In this document: piece after piece, positions 47,938-56,165 of the stretch | Numbering within the stretch: position 1 is the first letter of the stretch | Layout: each line of letters begins with the position of its first letter | From: Syntrophorhabdaceae bacterium | Lineage (GTDB): Bacteria; Desulfobacterota; Syntrophorhabdia; Syntrophorhabdales; Syntrophorhabdaceae | Direction: 5' to 3' | Length of the DNA stretch: 64,000 bases | NCBI GenBank assembly: GCA_963666485.2 | Contig: CAXXUO010000001.1 | Coordinates: forward strand, 928,001 to 992,000 | Translations under genes and position numbers: made by a program | The notes under the pieces: generated by a model | Seen by the model: the letters and a program-made list of their open reading frames with translations, nothing else | What the model was told of the DNA's origin: nothing | The model's database searches: none

Positions 47938-50151
47938 ATGAACTACCTCACCACCACAAAGTTCTCTTTCTCCTCCGATGCCCTGCCCCCGGACACGTTC
48001 GGTGTTGTGAGGTTCGCCGGGTCGGAGGGCCTGTCCGAGTGCTACACCTTCGAGGTCACCCTCGTGTCGGACAACCTGGAGATAGACCTCCAGGCGGTGA
48101 TGGAGAACCCTGCACGGCTCACGGTCCACCGGTCGGAGGGGGACGACGTCTCCTGGCGCGGCATCCTTCTGTCCTTCGAGCAGCTTCACGAGGTGGACAA
48201 GCTCGCCTTTTACCGGGCCCACCTCGTACCGAGACTGACATGGCTCTCCTTCACGCAGCACAACCAGGTCTTCCTCGACAAGTCGGTCCCGGAGATCATC
48301 GAGGGGTGTTTGAAGGACGGGGGACTCACGGGTGCGGACTTCGAGATGCGGCTTCAGGGCTCCTACGACCCCATCGAGTACGTCTGCCAGTACGGAGAGA
48401 GCCACCTTAACTTCATCTCCCGGTGGTGTGAGAGGGAGGGGATCTACTACTTCTTCGAGCAGACGGACCAGGGGGAGAAGGTTATCTTCACCGATACCCA
48501 GATATCCCATGTGCCGCTCACCCAGGGGATGAACCTCACCTACTCTCCCCCTTCGGGGCTCGAGACGGGCCACGAGAGGGAGATCGTCCGGTCCTTCCAC
48601 TGCAGGATGAACTTAACGCCCCAGAGCGTGCTTTTAAAGGACTACAACTACCGCAAGCCCTCCCTCGACGTGTCGGGGAACGCGGACGTGGACGCGAAGG
48701 GGCGGGGCCAGGTCTACTCCTACGGGGACCACATCAGGACGCCCGAGGAGGGGACGAGGATAGCGAAGATCAAGGCCGAGGCGCTCCTCAGCAGGAAGGA
48801 GGTCTTCGAGGGCGAGGGGTCTGTCCCCTACATGGAGCCGGGGTACACCTTCACGCTGAAAGACCACTACCGGAAGAACTTCAACCAGTCCTACCTCGTC
48901 ACCGGGGTGAGCCACGAGGGGAACCAGACGGGGTACCTTATCGCGGGCATCACCGCGGGGGACGAACAGAGAGGGGTGTGGTACAGGAACTCCTTCTCCT
49001 CCATCGTGTCCACCGTCCAGTTCCGGCCTGAGCAGAAGTCCCAAAAGCCCCGGATCCCGGGGACGCTGACGGCGAAGGTCGACGCGGCGGGGTCCGGGCA
49101 GTACGCGGAGCTCGACAGCCAGGGAAGGTACACGGTCATCGTCCCCTTCGACACGTCGGGAAGGAAGGACGGGAAGGCCTCCGCCCCCGTACGGATGGCA
49201 CAGCCCTACGCGGGGGGAGACCACGGGATGCACTTCCCCCTCCACAAGGGGACGGAGGTCCTGCTGACCTTCATAGAGGGGGACCCGGACAGGCCGATCA
49301 TACAGTCGGCGGTGCCGAACCCGGAGCACCCGAGCCCGGTCAACGCGAACAACGAGACCATGTCGGCGATCACCACAGCCGGGGGGAACAAGATCCACAT
49401 CGAGGACAAGGAGGGGACGGAGAGGATCCTCATGCACTCCCCGAACCAGAAGAGCTTCATCCGTGTCGGGGCGCCGAACGACCCCCCTTCAGATTATGCC
49501 GGGTTCAACATTTTCCCCGGTGTCGAAGGGATCAAGGAGCAGACCGACGGGGCCCTCGATATGACCGTCGGGTTCAAGAACGAGGTGATCCTGGGCTTGA
49601 TCACATCCATCGTATGCGGCTTCCGCGGGTGGTTCACGGTGGGATACCTCGTCGACATGTGCCTGGGCGGCAAGCTGGAGGTCCAGTTTCCCGAAATCTT
49701 TAATATACGGAATTTTCACGTGAATGTTAATGCTGACAACTGGGAGACTTACGCGAGCTGGTCGACGGCGGTCAGGACCTGGTGGCATTTCCTCGGGACG
49801 GAAAGCAAGGTGAAGGGCCAGCTGGTCCGGGCCTGCGAAGATCAGGTCCACACCGCGGAGGGAGATGTAAACGCCCAGATAAACCGGGTCGCGGCGGAGG
49901 AGCGGCGCATCACGACCACCGCGAACTCCGTGAAGACCAACATGCAGACTGTCACAGCCCAGGCAAACCAGATAGAGTCGATGGGCAACCACCTTGTGAC
50001 CGTCGGCGACGGTTTGGTCAGTGCCGGCGCAGAGCTTCAGACAACGGGAAATACGATCCGGCAGAGCGGCCAGGCTGCGCAGCTTGCCGGCACACAGATC
50101 AGGAACGGCGCGACCCTGGTCGATCAGGCGGCGACCCAGGTACAGGGATGA
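47938..50151 (+). CDS. vgrG: VgrG3
   Basis: N-terminal ~516 aa identical to VgrG2; distinct tail. Confidence 0.93.
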   Translation: MNYLTTTKFSFSSDALPPDTFGVVRFAGSEGLSECYTFEVTLVSDNLEIDLQAVMENPARLTVHRSEGDDVSWRGILLSFEQLHEVDKLAFYRAHLVPRLTWLSFTQHNQVFLDKSVPEIIEGCLKDGGLTGADFEMRLQGSYDPIEYVCQYGESHLNFISRWCEREGIYYFFEQTDQGEKVIFTDTQISHVPLTQGMNLTYSPPSGLETGHEREIVRSFHCRMNLTPQSVLLKDYNYRKPSLDVSGNADVDAKGRGQVYSYGDHIRTPEEGTRIAKIKAEALLSRKEVFEGEGSVPYMEPGYTFTLKDHYRKNFNQSYLVTGVSHEGNQTGYLIAGITAGDEQRGVWYRNSFSSIVSTVQFRPEQKSQKPRIPGTLTAKVDAAGSGQYAELDSQGRYTVIVPFDTSGRKDGKASAPVRMAQPYAGGDHGMHFPLHKGTEVLLTFIEGDPDRPIIQSAVPNPEHPSPVNANNETMSAITTAGGNKIHIEDKEGTERILMHSPNQKSFIRVGAPNDPPSDYAGFNIFPGVEGIKEQTDGALDMTVGFKNEVILGLITSIVCGFRGWFTVGYLVDMCLGGKLEVQFPEIFNIRNFHVNVNADNWETYASWSTAVRTWWHFLGTESKVKGQLVRACEDQVHTAEGDVNAQINRVAAEERRITTTANSVKTNMQTVTAQANQIESMGNHLVTVGDGLVSAGAELQTTGNTIRQSGQAAQLAGTQIRNGATLVDQAATQVQG

Positions 50152-50152
50152 T

Positions 50153-53100
50153 ATGAGAGTTATCAAGGAATCGGAACACTGCCTCCTCCTCAACTACTTC
50201 GGCCTTATGAACAGGTATTACCTTGCCATAACGGTCATGACCTACTTCGACTTCACGGACCCCGTCAACCCCCTTGCCGAAAAGGAGATGTGGCCCTTCG
50301 TACAGGGAGAGCTCGGCAAGGACGCCGTCCTCGACATGGCCATGCCCAAGCCGAAGGGTGAGCTGCTTGTCTGGGGCAGGTGCTTTTCGCCCGACGGGGA
50401 GCCCCGCGGCGCTTCACAGGTAAGCGTGCGCCTCGGTCCCATCGAGAAGCACCTCTACGTCTTCGGGAACCGCTACTGGAGGAAGGCCGGCGGGGCGCGA
50501 TTCAGCATAACCGAGCCGGATCCTTTCGTCGATATGCCCCTCACCTACGACCGGGCGTTCGGAGGCGGCGGTTTCGACAGGAATCCCCTGGGCAGGGGCG
50601 CGGCGCCCGTCACGACCTCCTCCGGTGCACAGTCGCACCCGCTCCCGAACGTCGAGGACCCGCGCCATCTCGTCGGTTCGCCTTCCGACCACCCCGAACC
50701 GGCGGGCTTAGCCCCCCTTGATTACACGTGGCCCCAGCGGGCGAAGAAGCTGGGGACATATGACAATACATGGTTTCAGGAGCGCTGGCCCTTTTACCCC
50801 GATGACATGAACTGGACATACTTCAATGCAGCGCCCGAGGACCAGCAGATCGAAGACTTCTTTGCCGGTACAGAATCCTTCTCTGTCGCCGGGATGCACC
50901 CGAAGGAGCCCCTCGTCGAATCCCGCCTTCCCGGGATCAGGCACCGGTTCTTCGTCAATCAGCTCGCCGATGCAGCAAAACCGGAAGGAGAAACCCTCTT
51001 CAAGGAGGTCCTCACCCACATCGACACCGTCTGGCTCTTTCCCCACGCGAAAAAGGGAATCGCCATATCCCGGGGGACAGCTGAGGTCAAGGATGACGAG
51101 GCCCTCGACATAGCCCACCTCTACGTCGTGAGCGAGCGGGTCGGCGAGCAGCACCCCGGCACCATCGAGAAGTACCACGAGCAGTTCACAAAACAGATAA
51201 ACCGGGCCCTGACCCCCGATATCTCGGCCCAAATGGAAGAGGCGAAGAAGAAGCTTTCCGCCGCCGCAGATACCCTCATGGACCTGCCTGTTCAGATCAA
51301 GGACGAAATAGCGGCACACCTTGGCAAAGCGCCGAAGGCTGCCCGGACGCCCGTCGAGGTGGTGGGGGACTCCCTTGCCCTCATTGACAAGCACAAGCAG
51401 CTCCTCGCCGACAGCGAAAAGAGGATACTGGCGGCAAAGTCTCAGTTCGGCCACATGATGAAGATCGATACGAGCGGGTTCGCCGCAGCCGCGAAGAGCC
51501 TCGAGGAGGCGAAGACGAAGCTTTCCGCCGTGCCGGTCATGCTCGAGGACATCGCGAAGAAAAACGCAGAGAACATGAAGGAACTCAGGGACACGCTCCA
51601 TGAAATATACGACAACAGCGCCTTCTCGAAGGTGAACCCGGGCGCCATGGATGTCGATGCCATTGTCGACATGTACAAGGAGAAGCCCCGGGATCTCTGG
51701 CAGGATTCGGGGATGCGCTTCATCGAGAAGTGCCGGGAAGAACTGCTGCAGGACCCCGCGATGATGGCGGCTTTTCGCTCGTTAGGACTTCGGCCCTATA
51801 CGCTCAAGCGGGCATGGGTCGGGCTGAACAGGCAGGAGGCCCGCTTCGAAAGGGAAGCCTGGGCGCTTAAGCCGGGCAAGGATGCCGCGGACGCCGATAC
51901 CCTCGTGATACCCGCCGGTCTCGTGATACCCCGCTTCGCCGGGGCCTTGATAGACACGATCACGGTGAGGCCTATATTTGAAACCGCCGGGGCCGCCGCC
52001 TCACCGGCATCGCTCGCTCAGGCGTCCCTTGACGGAAGCGGTGACGTTCCCGTCGAAGGGTCGAAGGGGAACGCGATGGTACTCGGCGCCGGGGAGGGGA
52101 AACCCTTCGTCCGTTTCAACGATGAGCTCGAGGCCCTTCTCGCCCGCCAGGAGCTGGGCGACTTCTGTGCCTTCGCGGCCATGAGAGATCCGTCGGCACC
52201 GGCAGACGGAGACCCGAAGAAAGCCCTCAAGAAGACCCCCCAGTTCCTCGTCGCCGTCTACCCCGGTACGAAGGGGAGTGCCCGGACCGCCGATATGCAG
52301 CCCTGGAAAAAGCTCGCCGGGACCGCGGAGCCCCTCGCGCTGCCAAAGGGACGGAACCTTTTCGAGGCGAAAAAGGCCGGGGTCGACATATGGCAATGGA
52401 TAGCCGACGCCTTGAAACCGGCCGTGGCGCCTCCCGCCGAAACGAAACCGAAGGAAGTGGACGTATCGGAACCGGGGGCACTCGCCGCCCTCATCCCCGT
52501 CATCGACGTCAAGGGGCTCATCAAGGGGGTGAAGGACGAGCTTATGGCCCGGATACAGCCAAAGCTCGATCTCATGGCCGCCAAGGAGAAGGAGACCATG
52601 GACCTTCTCCGGAAGGAATTGGCGAAAAAGAATATAAGCCTGGACAAAATGATGGCCAAGGAGCCCCCCAAGGTACCCGAGGGGAAGAACCCCTACGTCT
52701 TTGCCCAGGAGAAATTCACCAAGAATTTTCAGCTAATACGGGAGAAGCTCACGAAACAGGGCACTATGAGCTCCGAGATCGAAAAGAAGATTGCCGAGGC
52801 GGAACGGTCGGGGCAGAAGATACTCGGCGATTCGGCGAAGCTCTACGACGAGGGGATAAAGCGTCTCGCGGCTGACGACGCGAAGATCGCCGCGGGCACC
52901 CCGGACTGGGCAAAGAAGCTCCTTGCCAGGGCCGGTATCGACCCCGAGGACCCTGATCCTTTGAAACCCCTCACTCGCGAAGAGGTGGTGGAGCGCCACA
53001 CGAAGGGCCTTTCCCTCTCGGGCAGGAACATGGCGGGGGCGGACCTCTCCCGTCTCGACCTCACGGGAGCGGACCTCAGGAAGGCGAACCTTCAAAAAAC

Positions 53101-54001
53101 GAACTTCGCGGACGCTGTGCTCGATGGTTCAGATATGTCGGGGGCGCTCGCGACGGAGGCCGACTTCACGAAATCATCCCTGCGGGGGGCAAAGATGGTA
53201 ACGGGAATATTCCAAAAGGCGAAATTTCCCGGGGCCGACATGTCCCGCGCCGACATGACGGGATCCATGATGTCAGAGGCGGACCTGACGGGGGCGAACC
53301 TGACGGGGGCGACCATCGTGAGGACCCTCCTCGAAAAGGCCACCCTGAAGAAAGTCCGGGCCGTGGATTCCACGTCGTCCCAGATCTATCTTCTCAGCGC
53401 GGATATATCCGGCGCCGATTTCACCGGGGCCGACCTCACGAAGGCGGTCTTTCTCAAGGCGACGATCGACGAGGCCAAACTTTCAAAGTCCACCCTGCGC
53501 GAGGCGGCATTCATCGAATCCAAAGGCACGAAGGTCGACCTCTCCGGGGCTGACATGCACAACTCCAGGATATTACAGGGATCCGCGATGACGGAAAGCG
53601 ATTTTACCGGTACGCGCGCCGAGAGGTCGAGCTGGATGAAGTCCGATCTTTCGGGCGGAGACTTCCGCGGCGCCACCATCGAGCGGGCCCTTGTCGAGGG
53701 ATGCGACCTTTCCGGATCGAATTTATCGGGGATCACGGCGAAACAGGCCCGGCTCACCAAATCGAATCTGAGCGACTCCAACCTCGAGGAGATAAACCTT
53801 TTCCAGGGATCCTTGAGGAAGTCAAAGCTTGTGCGGACCGATCTTAAGCGGGCAAACCTTTACGGGGCGGAATTCTACCGCACCGGGGTCGGGGAGACGA
53901 AACTCGATGAGGCGAACCTGAAGATGACCAAACTCCACAAGCGCGAGGATCTGCTGCCGGAGCCGCCGAAGGACGGAAGTGACGATAAGGGGCGGAAGTG
54001 A
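50153..54001 (+). CDS. DUF2169 T6SS adaptor fused to pentapeptide repeats (TagAB-like), with a central primase-like insert
   Basis: D..MPKPKGE, VFGNRYW, MPLTYDRAFGG, NPLGRG, WPQRAKKLGTYD..W, FNAAPEDQ; C-terminal A(D/N)L repeats. Confidence 0.88.
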   Translation: MRVIKESEHCLLLNYFGLMNRYYLAITVMTYFDFTDPVNPLAEKEMWPFVQGELGKDAVLDMAMPKPKGELLVWGRCFSPDGEPRGASQVSVRLGPIEKHLYVFGNRYWRKAGGARFSITEPDPFVDMPLTYDRAFGGGGFDRNPLGRGAAPVTTSSGAQSHPLPNVEDPRHLVGSPSDHPEPAGLAPLDYTWPQRAKKLGTYDNTWFQERWPFYPDDMNWTYFNAAPEDQQIEDFFAGTESFSVAGMHPKEPLVESRLPGIRHRFFVNQLADAAKPEGETLFKEVLTHIDTVWLFPHAKKGIAISRGTAEVKDDEALDIAHLYVVSERVGEQHPGTIEKYHEQFTKQINRALTPDISAQMEEAKKKLSAAADTLMDLPVQIKDEIAAHLGKAPKAARTPVEVVGDSLALIDKHKQLLADSEKRILAAKSQFGHMMKIDTSGFAAAAKSLEEAKTKLSAVPVMLEDIAKKNAENMKELRDTLHEIYDNSAFSKVNPGAMDVDAIVDMYKEKPRDLWQDSGMRFIEKCREELLQDPAMMAAFRSLGLRPYTLKRAWVGLNRQEARFEREAWALKPGKDAADADTLVIPAGLVIPRFAGALIDTITVRPIFETAGAAASPASLAQASLDGSGDVPVEGSKGNAMVLGAGEGKPFVRFNDELEALLARQELGDFCAFAAMRDPSAPADGDPKKALKKTPQFLVAVYPGTKGSARTADMQPWKKLAGTAEPLALPKGRNLFEAKKAGVDIWQWIADALKPAVAPPAETKPKEVDVSEPGALAALIPVIDVKGLIKGVKDELMARIQPKLDLMAAKEKETMDLLRKELAKKNISLDKMMAKEPPKVPEGKNPYVFAQEKFTKNFQLIREKLTKQGTMSSEIEKKIAEAERSGQKILGDSAKLYDEGIKRLAADDAKIAAGTPDWAKKLLARAGIDPEDPDPLKPLTREEVVERHTKGLSLSGRNMAGADLSRLDLTGADLRKANLQKTNFADAVLDGSDMSGALATEADFTKSSLRGAKMVTGIFQKAKFPGADMSRADMTGSMMSEADLTGANLTGATIVRTLLEKATLKKVRAVDSTSSQIYLLSADISGADFTGADLTKAVFLKATIDEAKLSKSTLREAAFIESKGTKVDLSGADMHNSRILQGSAMTESDFTGTRAERSSWMKSDLSGGDFRGATIERALVEGCDLSGSNLSGITAKQARLTKSNLSDSNLEEINLFQGSLRKSKLVRTDLKRANLYGAEFYRTGVGETKLDEANLKMTKLHKREDLLPEPPKDGSDDKGRK

Positions 54002-54005
54002 CGAC

Positions 54006-55046
54006 ATGACGCGGGAAGAACTCTTTGAAGCCATAGCGCGGGACGACACGATAGAGAATGTGGACCTTTCCGGGATGAACCTCGCCGGAGAGGACCTGTC
54101 GGGTGCCCGTTTCGAGGGCGTTTCCTTCAAAGGGGCGGACCTCAGGGGCACGAAGATCATTCGCACCGGCTTCACGGGGTGTGCCTTCGAAGGGGCCAAT
54201 ATGGACGGCGGGAACCTGGAAGGGGCCATATGGATGCGCATGAACCTCTCCGGCGCCATACTCTCCCGGGCGAACCTCAGGAAGGCGGTCCTCAACGGCT
54301 CCGACCTCTCCGGGGCCATACTCACGGGAGCGGACCTGACCCAGGCCGTTATGGACAACGCCAGGTTTGACGGCGCGGACCTTTCCGGCGCCGACGTCTC
54401 CCGGGCGGTCATTCACAAGTCGTCCATGAAGGGGGCGAACCTTAAGGGGGCGAACCTCTTCAAGTCCATTTTCGTGGAGACGGACCTGACGGGGGCGACC
54501 TTCAAGGGGGCACGGATATTCAAGACCTTCCTCAGGGGCTGCTCCCTGACGGGACAGGATTTCCGGGGCGCGACCTTCATCATGGCCCAGGCGGGAGGGG
54601 CGGACATGAAGGGGTGCGATTTCACCAATGCCGAGATCGCCCAGTCAAACTTCATGAATGCCGACATGACGGGGGCGGTCCTGGAAAAGGTCAAGGGCGA
54701 GCGCTCGGTCTTCATGGGGACGAACCTCTCCGGCGTGAGCCTCAAAGGGTCCTATTTGGTCCAGTCCTGTTTCGAGGAGGCGAATCTGAACCTCGCCGAC
54801 CTCTCGGAATGCAACTGTGAGCAGGCGCTTTTCACGAAGGCCTTCTGCCGGGGGGCGAAGTTCGTCGACGTCAATGCGACCTTTGCCGATTTCTCCCACG
54901 CCGATCTGACGGCGGCGGACTTCACGTCTGCCACCCTGACGAGGGCAAAAATGCACCGGGCCATCGAGGAGCATGCGATCTGGGACAAATCTTCGCGAAG
55001 CTCCGCCTACGGCACTGATCCCGATCTGGCAGAGGCAGAGGGGTGA
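54006..55046 (+). CDS. Pentapeptide repeat protein (TagB-like)
   Basis: Continuous GADLS/GANLK-type repeats. Confidence 0.9.
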   Translation: MTREELFEAIARDDTIENVDLSGMNLAGEDLSGARFEGVSFKGADLRGTKIIRTGFTGCAFEGANMDGGNLEGAIWMRMNLSGAILSRANLRKAVLNGSDLSGAILTGADLTQAVMDNARFDGADLSGADVSRAVIHKSSMKGANLKGANLFKSIFVETDLTGATFKGARIFKTFLRGCSLTGQDFRGATFIMAQAGGADMKGCDFTNAEIAQSNFMNADMTGAVLEKVKGERSVFMGTNLSGVSLKGSYLVQSCFEEANLNLADLSECNCEQALFTKAFCRGAKFVDVNATFADFSHADLTAADFTSATLTRAKMHRAIEEHAIWDKSSRSSAYGTDPDLAEAEG

Positions 55047-55113
55047 TCTCACTGATGCTGTGCGTTGTATTTAAATAGAATGGGTTTTTATAGTTTATTG
55101 TCGGGAGGTTACA

Positions 55114-55746
55114 ATGAAAGCGGCAGCACAACAAGTTGAAATTCTCCAGCCTGTCCTCGAGTACGGCCTCGTGGCCGGACGTTCGGGGAGCGGTTTCGCC
55201 GTCACCTGCGACCGGGGGGTCTTCGATGCCTCCGTCGCTGTGAGCTGCCTGGTCGCGCCCGAGGCCGGCGACGTGGTCCTCCTTTCCCTGGACGGCAGCG
55301 GCCCCTGCTACATATTGTCAATCCTCGAGAGGCAGGAAGGGGCCCGGGGGAAGACGGAGCTCGCCTTCGACGGCGACGTAAGCCTGACCGTGCGTGACGG
55401 CGCCATGTCCATCAGGAGCGACGAAGCCATATCCCTCGCCTCGAAAGAATTCGAGCTTACAGCCGAGGAGGGGCGCGTCACCCTGGAAAAGAGCTCCTTT
55501 TTCGGGAACCTGGTGGAGAATAACATCGCCCGGATACGGGTCGTCGCCGATTCCCTCGATACCATCGTCCGGCGGGCAGTGCAGAGGTTCACGAACACTT
55601 ACCGGTACGTAGAGGAACACGAGGAGGTGCAGTCGGCCTCGACACGGATGATCGTCGATGGCACTCTCACGATGCACACGAAGAACACGATGCACATCGC
55701 CGAGGGGCACGTGAAGATCGACGCCGAGCAGATCCATCTCGGCTAG
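55114..55746 (+). CDS. DUF3540 family protein (TagC-like)
   Basis: AVSCLVAPEAGDVVL, YILSILER, C-terminal VKIDAEQIHLG. Confidence 0.85.
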   Translation: MKAAAQQVEILQPVLEYGLVAGRSGSGFAVTCDRGVFDASVAVSCLVAPEAGDVVLLSLDGSGPCYILSILERQEGARGKTELAFDGDVSLTVRDGAMSIRSDEAISLASKEFELTAEEGRVTLEKSSFFGNLVENNIARIRVVADSLDTIVRRAVQRFTNTYRYVEEHEEVQSASTRMIVDGTLTMHTKNTMHIAEGHVKIDAEQIHLG

Positions 55747-55760
55747 CAAGGAGGAAGAAA

Positions 55761-56165
55761 ATGTTCCAGAACACAATGGCGGGAGGGATGAACCTCGGTT
55801 TCCCCGACGTCTGCCTTACGCCGACACCGGTAGGCCCAATACCCATCCCCTACCCGAACATATCCACGGGGGCGACTACGAACCCCGCGACGACCGCCCT
55901 GACAGTCCTTTGCGACGGCATGCCCTCGCTTAACCAGATGTCCATGGGCACATTGAGCAACGGTGACAACGCAGGGGTAAACCTGGGCGTCGCCTCAGGG
56001 CTTGTCATGGGCCCTACCGAGTTCATCCTCGGAAGCTTCCTCGTCCTCAAAGGCGGCACCCCCGCGCAGAGGATGACGAGCATCACGGGACATAACGGGC
56101 TCTCCATGAACGCCCCCGGCGTCAGCCTTGCCCCGAGCCAGGTGACCGTTCTCGTCCTGGGGTAA
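55761..56165 (+). CDS. PAAR-like DUF4150 protein (TagD-like)
   Basis: GFPDVCLTP..PIPYPN, SNGDNAG, PSQVTVL. Confidence 0.9.
   Translation: MFQNTMAGGMNLGFPDVCLTPTPVGPIPIPYPNISTGATTNPATTALTVLCDGMPSLNQMSMGTLSNGDNAGVNLGVASGLVMGPTEFILGSFLVLKGGTPAQRMTSITGHNGLSMNAPGVSLAPSQVTVLVLG

Larger units (their letters stand above)
41689..49485 (+). repeat. Three direct copies of the vgrG 5' region (41689-43110, 45664-47085, 47938-49359; copies 2 and 3 match further, to 47211/49485)
   Basis: Identical translations in the coding frame and in the shadow-frame ORFs imply (near-)nucleotide identity. Confidence 0.9.

Noticed and set aside
45000..50151. VgrG C-terminal enzymatic toxin domains
   Set aside because: No recognisable catalytic motifs; the tails look like structural 7-residue repeats and no immunity-like genes follow.
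50021..50152. Upstream extension of the DUF2169 ORF
   Set aside because: Overlaps the vgrG3 tail; ATG 50153 directly follows the vgrG3 stop.
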